A stretch of 32,000 nucleotides of DNA from Escherichia coli (GTDB taxonomy: Bacteria; Pseudomonadota; Gammaproteobacteria; Enterobacterales; Enterobacteriaceae): the NCBI RefSeq assembly GCF_035666315.1, contig NZ_CP142035.1, one strand, 5' to 3'. The notes under the pieces were generated by a model. The model worked only from the letters and a program-made list of their open reading frames with translations. It was not told the DNA's origin and made no database searches. This document shows positions 1-12,584 of the stretch, in pieces. A program made the translations under genes and the position numbers. Position 1 is the first letter of the stretch, and each line of letters opens with the position of its first letter.

Positions 1-3415
<3,415 letters not shown>

Positions 3416-3551
3416 AACCTGAACTTAACAGAAAACAATCCGTTCAGGGATACGACGTTTGTATTTTAAGAATCTGACTGCCTGACCCGACGCATTTTAC
3501 CTCTCCCTATATTCATGCGTCCGGGACATAAACATAAATAAGGGCTATGAG

Positions 3552-5267
3552 ATGAATTCGTTACAAATCTTGAGTTTTGTCGGTTTTACGCTGCTGGTGG
3601 CGATCATCACCTGGTGGAAGGTTCGCAAAACAGATACCGGATCGCAACAAGGCTATTTTCTTGCCGGACGTTCACTAAAAGCGCCGGTTATTGCCGCTTC
3701 GTTAATGCTAACCAACCTTTCCACGGAACAACTGGTTGGACTTTCCGGGCAGGCCTACAAAAGCGGCATGTCGGTGATGGGCTGGGAAGTCACTTCTGCG
3801 GTGACGCTGATCTTCCTCGCGCTAATCTTTTTACCGCGCTATCTGAAGCGTGGCATTGCCACCATCCCCGATTTCCTGGAGGAACGTTATGATAAAACGA
3901 CGCGTATTATCATCGACTTCTGCTTCCTCATTGCCACCGGTGTCTGCTTTCTGCCGATTGTTCTCTACTCCGGCGCGTTGGCGCTCAACAGCCTGTTTCA
4001 CGTCGGGGAATCGTTACAAATTTCCCACGGTGCGGCTATCTGGCTATTGGTAATTTTGCTTGGTCTGGCGGGAATTTTGTATGCGGTGATCGGCGGACTG
4101 CGCGCAATGGCAGTGGCGGACTCCATCAACGGTATTGGGCTGGTTATTGGCGGGTTGATGGTGCCGATATTTGGCCTGATCGCGATGGGCAAGGGCAGCT
4201 TTATGCAGGGCATTGAGCAACTCACCACCGTTCACGCCGAGAAATTAAACTCAGTCGGTGGCCCGACCGATCCCTTGCCGATTGGCGCGGCATTTACCGG
4301 TTTGATTCTGGTGAACACCTTTTACTGGTGTACAAATCAGGGCATCGTGCAACGCACGCTGGCGTCAAAAAGCCTGGCGGAAGGGCAAAAGGGGGCGCTG
4401 TTAACGGCGGTGCTGAAAATGCTCGACCCGCTGGTACTGGTGCTGCCAGGGTTGATTGCGTTTCATCTGTATCAGGATTTACCTAAAGCCGACATGGCCT
4501 ACCCGACGCTGGTCAATAACGTTCTGCCAGTGCCACTGGTGGGTTTCTTCGGCGCGGTGTTATTTGGTGCGGTGATCAGTACCTTCAACGGCTTTCTGAA
4601 TAGCGCCAGTACGTTATTCAGTATGGGTATTTACCGGCGCATCATTAACCAGAATGCCGAGCCGCAGCAGCTGGTCACCGTTGGGCGCAAATTTGGTTTC
4701 TTTATCGCCATCGTTTCGGTGCTGGTCGCGCCGTGGATCGCCAACGCGCCGCAGGGGCTGTATAGCTGGATGAAACAGCTCAACGGTATTTACAACGTGC
4801 CGCTGGTTACCATCATCATTATGGGCTTTTTCTTCCCGCGCATCCCGGCGCTGGCGGCAAAAGTGGCGATGGGGATTGGCATAATCAGCTACATCACCAT
4901 CAACTATCTGGTGAAGTTCGACTTCCATTTCCTCTATGTGCTGGCCTGTACGTTCTGCATCAACGTGGTCGTGATGCTGGTGATCGGTTTTATCAAACCG
5001 CGCGCCACGCCGTTCACCTTCAAAGATGCGTTTGCGGTGGACATGAAACCGTGGAAAAACGTCAAGATCGCGTCAATTGGCATCCTGTTCGCTATGATTG
5101 GCGTCTATGCCGGGCTGGCTGAATTCGGCGGCTACGGTACGCGCTGGTTAGCGATGATCAGTTATTTCATCGCTGCCGTAGTGATTGTCTACCTGATTTT
5201 TGACAGCTGGCGGCATCGTCACGACCCAGCCGTAACCTTTACTCCCGACGCGAAGGATAGCCTATGA
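3552..5267 (+). CDS. yidK: Sodium:solute symporter (SSS) family transporter, 571 aa
   Basis: GYFLAGRSLKAPVIAASLMLTNLSTEQLVGLSGQAY and many TM segments; in the yidL-yidK-yidJ gene order. Confidence 0.9.
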   Translation: MNSLQILSFVGFTLLVAIITWWKVRKTDTGSQQGYFLAGRSLKAPVIAASLMLTNLSTEQLVGLSGQAYKSGMSVMGWEVTSAVTLIFLALIFLPRYLKRGIATIPDFLEERYDKTTRIIIDFCFLIATGVCFLPIVLYSGALALNSLFHVGESLQISHGAAIWLLVILLGLAGILYAVIGGLRAMAVADSINGIGLVIGGLMVPIFGLIAMGKGSFMQGIEQLTTVHAEKLNSVGGPTDPLPIGAAFTGLILVNTFYWCTNQGIVQRTLASKSLAEGQKGALLTAVLKMLDPLVLVLPGLIAFHLYQDLPKADMAYPTLVNNVLPVPLVGFFGAVLFGAVISTFNGFLNSASTLFSMGIYRRIINQNAEPQQLVTVGRKFGFFIAIVSVLVAPWIANAPQGLYSWMKQLNGIYNVPLVTIIIMGFFFPRIPALAAKVAMGIGIISYITINYLVKFDFHFLYVLACTFCINVVVMLVIGFIKPRATPFTFKDAFAVDMKPWKNVKIASIGILFAMIGVYAGLAEFGGYGTRWLAMISYFIAAVVIVYLIFDSWRHRHDPAVTFTPDAKDSL

Positions 5268-6757
5268 AACGCCCCAATTTTCTGTTCATCATGACCGATA
5301 CCCAGGCCACCAATATGGTCGGTTGCTATAGCGGTAAGCCGCTGAATACGCAAAATATTGATAGTCTGGCGGCGGAAAGTATTCGCTTTAATTCCGCCTA
5401 TACCTGTTCACCGGTTTGTACACCAGCGCGCGCCGGGCTGTTTACCGGTATCTACGCTAACCAGTCCGGCCCGTGGACCAACAACGTCGCGCCGGGCAAA
5501 AACATCTCCACTATGGGACGCTACTTTAAGGATGCGGGCTATCACACCTGTTACATCGGCAAATGGCATCTCGACGGTCATGACTATTTCGGCACTGGCG
5601 AGTGTCCGCCGGAGTGGGACGCTGATTACTGGTTCGATGGGGCGAACTACCTTAGCGAACTGACGGAAAAAGAGATCAGCCTGTGGCGCAATGGCCTAAA
5701 CAGCGTTGAGGATTTACAGGCGAACCATATCGACGAAACCTTCACCTGGGCGCATCGCATCAGCAATCGGGCGGTAGATTTTCTGCAACAGCCCGCGCGC
5801 GCCGAGGAACCCTTCCTGATGGTGGTTTCGTATGATGAGCCGCATCACCCGTTCACCTGTCCGGTGGAGTATTTAGAGAAATACGCTGATTTTTACTACG
5901 AACTTGGCGAGAAATCACAGGATGACCTGGCGAACAAACCGGAACATCACCGCTTATGGGCGCAGGCGATGCCATCGCCAGTCGGTGATGACGGGCTTTA
6001 TCACCATCCGCTCTATTTTGCCTGCAATGACTTTGTTGATGACCAAATCGGACGGGTCATCAATGCCTTAACGCCAGAGCAACGTGAAAATACGTGGGTC
6101 ATTTATACCTCCGATCACGGTGAAATGATGGGCGCACATAAGTTGATCAGTAAAGGAGCGGCGATGTATGACGACATCACCCGTATTCCGCTGATCATCC
6201 GTTCGCCGCAAGGGGAGCGGCGGCAGGTCGATACGCCAGTCAGTCATATCGATTTACTGCCGACAATGATGGCGCTGGCAGATATTGAAAAACCAGAGAT
6301 TCTGCCGGGGGAAAATATCCTTGCCGTGAAAGAGCCACGCGGCGTAATGGTGGAATTTAACCGCTACGAGATTGAGCATGACAGCTTTGGCGGTTTTATT
6401 CCGGTGCGTTGCTGGGTGACGGATGACTTTAAACTGGTACTCAACCTCTTCACCAGTGATGAACTTTACGATCGCCGTAATGACCTAAATGAAATGCATA
6501 ATCTGATCGATGATATCCGTTTTGCCGACGTTCGCCGCAAAATGCATGACGCCTTATTGGATTACATGGATAAAATTCGCGATCCGTTCCGCAGTTACCA
6601 ATGGAGTCTGCGTCCGTGGCGTAAAGATGCACGACCGCGCTGGATGGGGGCGTTTCGTCCACGCCCACAAGATGGCTATTCGCCAGTGGTACGCGACTAT
6701 GACACCGGCCTACCGACACAAGGGGTGAAGGTGGAAGAGAAAAAACAGAAGTTCTGA
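5264..6757 (+). CDS. yidJ: Sulfatase-family hydrolase, Cys-type, 497 aa
   Basis: LFIMTDTQATNMVGCY, sulfatase signature SPVCTPARAGLFTG (C-x-P-x-R), IGKWHLDGHDYFG, YTSDHGEMMGAH. 4-nt overlap with yidK. Confidence 0.92.
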   Translation: MKRPNFLFIMTDTQATNMVGCYSGKPLNTQNIDSLAAESIRFNSAYTCSPVCTPARAGLFTGIYANQSGPWTNNVAPGKNISTMGRYFKDAGYHTCYIGKWHLDGHDYFGTGECPPEWDADYWFDGANYLSELTEKEISLWRNGLNSVEDLQANHIDETFTWAHRISNRAVDFLQQPARAEEPFLMVVSYDEPHHPFTCPVEYLEKYADFYYELGEKSQDDLANKPEHHRLWAQAMPSPVGDDGLYHHPLYFACNDFVDDQIGRVINALTPEQRENTWVIYTSDHGEMMGAHKLISKGAAMYDDITRIPLIIRSPQGERRQVDTPVSHIDLLPTMMALADIEKPEILPGENILAVKEPRGVMVEFNRYEIEHDSFGGFIPVRCWVTDDFKLVLNLFTSDELYDRRNDLNEMHNLIDDIRFADVRRKMHDALLDYMDKIRDPFRSYQWSLRPWRKDARPRWMGAFRPRPQDGYSPVVRDYDTGLPTQGVKVEEKKQKF

Positions 6758-6816
6758 TGCATTATTGCTGTTCCTGGCCTACTTTTTCGGCGAGGAACAG
6801 TTTACAAGGAGCAACA

Positions 6817-7164
6817 ATGAAAATTTCCCGCCTCGGAGAAGCGCCCGATTACCGCTTCTCGCTGGCTAATGAGCGTACTTTTCTGGCGTGGATCCGTACC
6901 GCACTAGGATTTCTGGCGGCGGGGGTTGGGCTTGATCAACTTGCGCCAGATTTCGCCACGCCCGTCATTCGCGAACTGCTGGCGTTGTTGTTGTGTCTGT
7001 TTTCCGGCGGGTTAGCGATGTATGGCTACCTGCGCTGGTTACGCAATGAAAAAGCGATGCGTCTGAAAGAGGACCTGCCCTACACCAACAGCTTATTAAT
7101 CATCAGCTTAATATTGATGGTCGTAGCGGTGATCGTTATGGGACTGGTGTTGTATGCCGGATAG
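6817..7164 (+). CDS. yidH: DUF202-family inner membrane protein (115 aa from the internal Met; the track ORF starts at 6757)
   Basis: MKISRLGEAPDYRFSLANERTFLAWIRTALGFLAAGVGLDQ; preceded by an AAGGAG-type ribosome binding site. Confidence 0.88.
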   Translation: MKISRLGEAPDYRFSLANERTFLAWIRTALGFLAAGVGLDQLAPDFATPVIRELLALLLCLFSGGLAMYGYLRWLRNEKAMRLKEDLPYTNSLLIISLILMVVAVIVMGLVLYAG

Positions 7165-7516
7165 CCGCAAAGCCAGACGCATTGCCGACCCAGGGCTGCA
7201 GCCGGAGCGTACATCACTGGCGTGGTTTCGTACCATGCTGGGCTACGGCGCGTTGATGGCGTTGGCTATCAAACACAACTGGCACCAGGCGGGCATGTTA
7301 TTCTGGATTTCGATTGGCATTCTCGCCATTGTGGCGCTGATCCTCTGGCACTACACCCGTAATCGCAATTTAATGGATGTCACGAATAGCGATTTTTCCC
7401 AATTTCACGTAGTCCGTGACAAATTTTTGATCTCCCTCGCGGTGTTATCTCTCGCAATACTGTTTGCTGTAACGCATATACATCAACTTATCGTATTTAT
7501 TGAGAGAGTCGCATGA
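7154..7516 (+). CDS. yidG: DUF202-family inner membrane protein, 120 aa
   Basis: LQPERTSLAWFRTMLGYGALMALAIKHNW; overlaps yidH by 11 nt. Confidence 0.88.
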   Translation: MPDSRKARRIADPGLQPERTSLAWFRTMLGYGALMALAIKHNWHQAGMLFWISIGILAIVALILWHYTRNRNLMDVTNSDFSQFHVVRDKFLISLAVLSLAILFAVTHIHQLIVFIERVA

Positions 7517-8010
7517 CAGGAAGTCAGGTCATTGATGCTGAAGAGGACAGGCATAAACTGGTTGTAGAGTACAAGGATGCTCTGCAACCTGCCGATTTTT
7601 ATCACAATTTCAAACAACGGGGTATCCGCTCCGTACAGCTTATTCCCCATCTTGAATTTGATGACCGGGGCGATCTGACGGCCGCTTCGGTGACAGCAGA
7701 GCTGTGGGGGAAATTTTTAATTGCCCTGTTCGAGTGTTGGGTACGGGCAGATATCAGTCGTATTTCGATTGAGCTTTTTGACGCCACCCTACAAAAATGG
7801 TGTGGCAGCGAAAACCCGCAACCGCGCCGTGGCTGCCAGGCGTGCGACTGGCATCGCCTGTGCCCGCACGCTCGGGAGGAGACGCCAGACAACGTGCTTT
7901 GTGCGGGCTATCAGGCGTTTTATTCTTACTCCGCGCCGCATATGCGGGTGATGCGTGATCTGATAAAGCAGCATCGTTCTCCCATGGAGCTGATGACGAT
8001 GCTGCGGTGA
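7513..8010 (+). CDS. yidF: Protein resembling the C-terminal (SPASM-like) part of anaerobic sulfatase-maturating radical SAM enzymes, 165 aa
   Basis: RGIRSVQLIPHLEFD...LFDATLQKWCGSENPQPRRGCQACDWHRLCPHAREETPDNVLCAGYQAFYSYSAPHMRVMRDLI. No N-terminal CxxxCxxC radical SAM motif present. Confidence 0.8.
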   Translation: MTGSQVIDAEEDRHKLVVEYKDALQPADFYHNFKQRGIRSVQLIPHLEFDDRGDLTAASVTAELWGKFLIALFECWVRADISRISIELFDATLQKWCGSENPQPRRGCQACDWHRLCPHAREETPDNVLCAGYQAFYSYSAPHMRVMRDLIKQHRSPMELMTMLR

Positions 8011-8017
8011 CGTGAGC

Positions 8018-9208
8018 TTAAACGGGCTGCCCCTGATGCGACATCCGCGTCGCCAGCGGTAGCCAGCACAGCACGATCAACAATCCCATTAAGGTCATCA
8101 ACAACCCCAGGCTGCCCTGACCGGTTTGCGGCAACATCGCAGAGAGCGACGCCAGCACGCCGGAACCAATGTTTTGTAGACCGCCGACCAGCGCGCCAGC
8201 CGTGCCCGCCAGGAAAGGGAACGGCTCCATCGCGCCGCTGGTCGCCAGCGGAAACAGCATCCCGGCACCGAAAAAGAACAGCGCGGCGGGAACGAGCAGC
8301 GTCCAGACATTCATCACGCCAAACCAGTCGGGGATCCACATTAGCAAGCCAGCCAGCAGGCAGCAGATAACCGACTGCCACATTAACGTGGAGAAGCGTT
8401 TATTGGGACGTCCGGCAAACCATGCGCCAAAAAACGCTGCCGGAATCGGCAGAATAAACAAAATACTGACCGTCATACTGCTCAGCCCTAACACCGCGCC
8501 CATCAGCACGCCGGAGCAGGCTTCAAAGGCGGCAATCCCGGCCAGACCGCCAATCAGCATCAGCAAATAACAGTTAAAACCGCTGTTACCGAAAAGCGTT
8601 TTATAACTGGTAAGCAGGCGCGTGCGCGGTGCGTCGACCGGACGCGTTTCCGGCATCCAGCGGGCCATACTGAAGGTCACACCGGCACAAAGTACCAACA
8701 AAAAGAGATAACAGGCGCGCCAGTTCCACATCGTATCCAGCAGACCGCCGATTAGCGGTGCGAGCAACGGACTGACAAGAATTCCCATGTTTAACAGGCT
8801 ATTAGCATGGCGCAACTGTGTCCGTTCATATAAATCGCGCGGCAAAGTACGCGCCATTACGCCGCCAACGCCGGTGCCCATCCCCTGCATCGCGCTGGCG
8901 GCAATCAATACTGTCAAACTGGAGGTCGTGACCGCGACCAGCGTTGCCAGCATAAAAATGGACATTCCGACGAGGATCACCGGTCGGCGACCCACACGGT
9001 CGGAAATCGGGCCATAAAACAGCTGTGAGACACCGTAAGTCAGCAGATAAGCGCCCATTACGCTCTGCACCGCCCCTTCACGGACGTTGAGATCGCGCGC
9101 CATATCGGCAATAGCTGGAATATAAATGGTTTGCGCCATCTGACCGACGGCCACGAGTAATACCAACATCAATAACAAATTGACGTTTCTATGCCTTTTC
9201 ATTATCAC
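8018..9208 (-). CDS. emrD: MFS multidrug efflux transporter, 396 aa (an internal start may give about 394 aa)
   Basis: Drug:H+ antiporter motifs YGVSQLFYGPISDRVGRRPVILVG, ALPRDLYERTQLRHANSLLNMG-like region; between yidF and tisB. Confidence 0.92.
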   Translation of the reverse strand: MIMKRHRNVNLLLMLVLLVAVGQMAQTIYIPAIADMARDLNVREGAVQSVMGAYLLTYGVSQLFYGPISDRVGRRPVILVGMSIFMLATLVAVTTSSLTVLIAASAMQGMGTGVGGVMARTLPRDLYERTQLRHANSLLNMGILVSPLLAPLIGGLLDTMWNWRACYLFLLVLCAGVTFSMARWMPETRPVDAPRTRLLTSYKTLFGNSGFNCYLLMLIGGLAGIAAFEACSGVLMGAVLGLSSMTVSILFILPIPAAFFGAWFAGRPNKRFSTLMWQSVICCLLAGLLMWIPDWFGVMNVWTLLVPAALFFFGAGMLFPLATSGAMEPFPFLAGTAGALVGGLQNIGSGVLASLSAMLPQTGQGSLGLLMTLMGLLIVLCWLPLATRMSHQGQPV

Positions 9209-9373
9209 GGATGCTTTTATAAAAATAATTAGAATAAGTCACTACGCATTCCCATAAATGCGGGAGAGGAATCTATCACATTGATAAATGTTAGCCAGAT
9301 ATACGCCAGGAATGGGGAATTGTTTAGCGGCAGAATATGTAAACAAAAGCGGCAATAAATGTTGCCGGGAGGG

Positions 9374-9411
9374 ATGGTAGGGCGGATAAGATGCATCAGC
9401 ATTGCATCCGA
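9374..9411. repeat. REP/PU-like palindromic sequence between emrD and tisB
   Basis: Sequence ggatggtagggcggataagatgcatcagcattgcatccgac resembles the degenerate REP consensus (GCCGGATAAGGCG...GCCGCATCCGGC). Confidence 0.45.
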
Positions 9412-9481
9412 CACCAACCCGCACGCTAAATATGAAAGGGGAGCGGTTACCCGCTCCCCTTTGGTGCGACTTGAATCTGAA

Positions 9482-9571
9482 TTACTTCAGGTATTTCAGA
9501 ACAGCATCAAGCAGTTGCAGTGCTGCAACAATGAGTTTGAGGATAAGAATGGCGATATCCACCAGGCTCAT
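9482..9571 (-). CDS. tisB: TisB, small membrane toxin of the SOS-induced tisB/istR type I toxin-antitoxin system (29 aa)
   Basis: Manual reverse translation gives MSLVDIAILILKLIVAALQLLDAVLKYLK*. Too short for the ORF track. Correct neighbourhood (emrD / istR / ilvB). Confidence 0.95.
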   Translation of the reverse strand: MSLVDIAILILKLIVAALQLLDAVLKYLK

Positions 9572-9673
9572 ACGCGTCTCCTGTGGTTCAGGAGCACTGC
9601 CAGCTGACGTACCTTTCCGCTGCCTGTTGCCAGCTGTTGTGCACGCGGTATCTCAAGGAGAAACGTTGTGCTT

Positions 9674-9694
9674 GTTGACATAACACAGTGTGCT
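9674..9694 (-). promoter_or_regulatory. IstR pairing site in the tisAB leader mRNA
   Basis: + strand GTTGACATAACACAGTGTGCT matches the start of istR-1 (GTTGACATAATACAGTGTGCT, 9932-9952) in 20/21 positions. On the minus-strand tisAB transcript this is the antisense target; the single difference would be a G:U pair. Confidence 0.85.
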
Positions 9695-9805
9695 CACGCG
9701 GGGTTAAGGCGCTGACGGCACCACCCGTTTCAGCCAGGACTTAGTGCGCCGGGTAACGATGCGGCCCCCGCATAACACATTGCGTACAGTGATATTATAG
9801 AAGTT

Positions 9806-9825
9806 TACTGTATAAATAAACAGTA
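9806..9825. promoter_or_regulatory. LexA (SOS) box controlling tisAB and istR-2
   Basis: TACTGTATAAATAAACAGTA; matches CTGT-N8-ACAG exactly. Confidence 0.93.
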
Positions 9826-9931
9826 ATATTTGGACAAAACGAAAACTGTGATCGATACTCAACTATGTACTAAATACGTCAAAATTCGTGCCGAAATTGC
9901 GCGTTCTGCGCGGAACACGTATACTTTCAGT

Positions 9932-10008
9932 GTTGACATAATACAGTGTGCTTTGCGGTTACCAGCCGCAGGCGACTGACGAAACCTCGCTCCGGCGGGG
10001 TTTTTTGT
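9932..10008 (+). ncRNA. istR: IstR-1 antitoxin small RNA (IstR-2 would start about 65 nt further upstream with the same 3' end)
   Basis: GTTGACATAATACAGTGTGCTTTGCGG... ending in the Rho-independent terminator aaaCCTCGCtccgGCGGGGttttttgt (about 9982-10007). Confidence 0.93.
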
Positions 10009-10135
10009 TACCCGCAATTCAGTACAAAACGTGATCAACCCCTCAATTTTCCCTTGCTGAAAAATTTTCCATTGTCTCCCCTGTAAAGCTGTGCTTGTAT
10101 AAATATTGTTAAACACAAAACCAACAAGGTCCCCA

Positions 10136-10234
10136 ATGACTACTTCCATGTTCAACGCAAAACTACTACCAACTGCGCCATCCGCCGCAGTGGTCGTCGT
10201 GCGTGTGGTGGTGGTCGTCGGCAATGCGCCGTAG
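10136..10234 (+). CDS. ivbL: ilvBN operon leader peptide (32 aa), Val/Leu-rich
   Basis: ATG at 10136: MTTSMFNAKLLPTAPSAAVVVVRVVVVVGNAP*, with a Val codon run typical of transcription attenuation. Confidence 0.95.
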   Translation: MTTSMFNAKLLPTAPSAAVVVVRVVVVVGNAP

Positions 10235-10261
10235 GGACTGGAACAACACACGATTCCAAAA

Positions 10262-10292
10262 CCCCGCCGGCGCAAACCGGGCGGGGTTTTTC
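10262..10292 (+). terminator. ilvBN attenuator terminator
   Basis: CCCCGCCggcgcaaaccgGGCGGGGttttt(c) hairpin followed by a T run, between ivbL and ilvB. Confidence 0.92.
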
Positions 10293-10339
10293 GTTTAAGC
10301 ACCTCCCGGAAAGTCGGCCCAGAAGAAAAGGACTGGAGC

Positions 10340-12028
10340 ATGGCAAGTTCGGGCACAACATCGACGCGTAAGCGCTTTACCGGCGCAGAATTTATCGTTC
10401 ATTTCCTGGAACAGCAGGGCATTAAGATTGTGACGGGCATTCCGGGCGGTTCTATCCTGCCTGTTTACGATGCCTTAAGCCAAAGCACGCAAATCCGCCA
10501 TATTCTGGCTCGCCATGAACAGGGAGCGGGGTTTATCGCTCAGGGAATGGCGCGCACCGACGGTAAACCGGCGGTCTGTATGGCCTGTAGCGGACCGGGT
10601 GCGACTAACCTGGTGACCGCCATTGCCGATGCGCGGCTGGATTCCATCCCGCTGATTTGCATCACCGGTCAGGTTCCTGCCTCGATGATCGGCACCGACG
10701 CCTTCCAGGAAGTGGACACCTACGGCATCTCTATCCCCATCACCAAACACAACTATCTGGTCAGACATATCGAAGAGCTCCCACAGGTCATGAGCGACGC
10801 CTTTCGTATTGCGCAATCAGGCCGCCCTGGCCCGGTGTGGATAGACATTCCTAAGGATGTGCAAACGGCGGTTTTTGAGATTGAAGCACAGGCCGCTATG
10901 GCAGAAAAAGCTGCCGCGCCTGCGTTTAGTGAAGAGAGTATTCGTGACGCAGCTGCAATGATTAACGCCGCCAAACGCCCGGTGCTTTATCTGGGCGGCG
11001 GTGTGATCAATGCGCCCGCACGGGTGCGTGAACTGGCAGAGAAAGCGCAATTGCCAACTACCATGACCTTAATGGCGCTGGGCATGCTGCCAAAAGCGCA
11101 TCCGCTGTCGCTGGGTATGCTGGGGATGCACGGCGTGCGCAGCACCAACTATATACTGCAGGAGGCGGATCTGCTGATTGTTCTCGGTGCGCGTTTTGAT
11201 GACCGGGCGATTGGCAAAACCGAGCAGTTCTGCCCGAATGCGAAAATCATTCATGTCGATATCGACCGTGCAGAGCTGGGCAAAATCAAGCAACCGCACG
11301 TAGCGATTCAGGCGGATGTTGATGACGTGCTGGCGCAATTGATCCCGCAGGTGGAAGCGCAACCGCGTGCAGAGTGGCACCAGTTGGTGGCGGATTTGCA
11401 GCGCGAATTCCCGTGTCCAATCCCGAAAGCGTGCGATCCGTTAACGCATTACGGCCTGATCAACGCTGTTGCCGCCTGTGTCGATGACAATGCGATTATC
11501 ACCACCGACGTGGGTCAGCATCAGATGTGGACCGCGCAAGCCTATCCGCTCAATCGCCCGCGCCAGTGGCTGACCTCCGGCGGGCTGGGCACGATGGGCT
11601 TTGGCCTGCCTGCGGCGATTGGCGCGGCGCTGGCGAACCCGGATCGCAAAGTGTTGTGTTTCTCCGGCGACGGCAGCCTGATGATGAATATTCAGGAGAT
11701 GGCGACCGCCAGTGAAAATCAGCTGGATGTCAAAATCATTCTGATGAACAACGAAGCGCTGGGGCTGGTACATCAGCAACAGAGTCTGTTCTACAAGCAG
11801 GGCGTTTTTGCCGCTACCTATCCGGGAAAAATCAACTTTATGCAGATTGCCGCCGGATTCGGCCTCGAAACCTGTGATTTGAATAACGAAACCGATCCGC
11901 AGGCTGCATTACAGGAAATCATCAATCGCCCTGGTCCGGCGCTGATCCATGTGCGTATTGATGCCGAAGAAAAAGTGTACCCGATGGTGCCGCCAGGTGC
12001 GGCGAATACTGAAATGGTGGGGGAATAA
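10340..12028 (+). CDS. ilvB: Acetolactate synthase I, large subunit, 562 aa
   Basis: TPP-enzyme motifs: GIPGGSILPVYDAL, GPGATNLVTAIADA, GLGTMGFGLPAAIGAA, GDGSLMMNIQEMAT; follows ivbL and precedes ilvN. Confidence 0.97.
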   Translation: MASSGTTSTRKRFTGAEFIVHFLEQQGIKIVTGIPGGSILPVYDALSQSTQIRHILARHEQGAGFIAQGMARTDGKPAVCMACSGPGATNLVTAIADARLDSIPLICITGQVPASMIGTDAFQEVDTYGISIPITKHNYLVRHIEELPQVMSDAFRIAQSGRPGPVWIDIPKDVQTAVFEIEAQAAMAEKAAAPAFSEESIRDAAAMINAAKRPVLYLGGGVINAPARVRELAEKAQLPTTMTLMALGMLPKAHPLSLGMLGMHGVRSTNYILQEADLLIVLGARFDDRAIGKTEQFCPNAKIIHVDIDRAELGKIKQPHVAIQADVDDVLAQLIPQVEAQPRAEWHQLVADLQREFPCPIPKACDPLTHYGLINAVAACVDDNAIITTDVGQHQMWTAQAYPLNRPRQWLTSGGLGTMGFGLPAAIGAALANPDRKVLCFSGDGSLMMNIQEMATASENQLDVKIILMNNEALGLVHQQQSLFYKQGVFAATYPGKINFMQIAAGFGLETCDLNNETDPQAALQEIINRPGPALIHVRIDAEEKVYPMVPPGAANTEMVGE

Positions 12029-12031
12029 GCC

Positions 12032-12322
12032 ATGCAAAACACAACTCATGACAACGTGATTCTGGAACTCACCGTTCGCAACCATCCGGGCGTAATGACC
12101 CACGTTTGTGGCCTTTTTGCCCGTCGCGCTTTTAACGTTGAAGGCATTCTCTGCCTGCCGATTCAGGACAGCGACAAAAGCCACATCTGGCTACTGGTCA
12201 ATGACGACCAGCGTCTGGAGCAGATGATAAGCCAAATCGATAAGCTGGAAGATGTGGTGAAAGTGCAGCGTAATCAGTCTGATCCGACAATGTTTAACAA
12301 GATCGCGGTGTTTTTTCAGTAA
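12032..12322 (+). CDS. ilvN: Acetolactate synthase I, regulatory small subunit, 96 aa
   Basis: ACT-domain [34 protein letters not shown]. Confidence 0.97.
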
Positions 12323-12354
12323 GGAGCGACATTAAACCGCCCGGGGGGGTACTG

Positions 12355-12372
12355 ATGAGCGATTTTTGATAG
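12355..12372 (+). repeat. Short direct repeat copy 1 (18 nt)
   Basis: ATGAGCGATTTTTGATAG, exactly repeated at 13963-13980. Confidence 0.85.
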
Positions 12373-12394
12373 ATCCGTTCAGATATATAGGGTG

Positions 12395-12427
12395 AAATTG
12401 TGCCAGAGACCATCTCAGGCACAATTT
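12395..12427. terminator. Perfect inverted repeat downstream of ilvN, candidate bidirectional terminator or regulatory hairpin
   Basis: AAATTGTGCC-a-GAGA-cca-TCTC-a-GGCACAATTT: 10-bp perfect outer arms plus 4-bp inner arms. Confidence 0.6.
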
Positions 12428-12584
12428 ATTAGCCCTGAATGTTAATTTAAGTCGCTGCACCGGTAATTTGGGGGTTAACAGTTAGGGCTAAAATTTCCAG
12501 CGATGGTGTTAAATTCTGATTGCTGTCTATACCAATAGTCATGACCAGCATTCTATTAATTAATGGTTCATCGTGAGGTATATT

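Noticed and set aside
9859-10361. Minus-strand ORFs of 165 aa and 69 aa over the istR/ivbL region
   Set aside because: Antisense to well-identified istR, ivbL and ilvB start; the Thr/Arg runs come from the ivbL valine codons read backwards.
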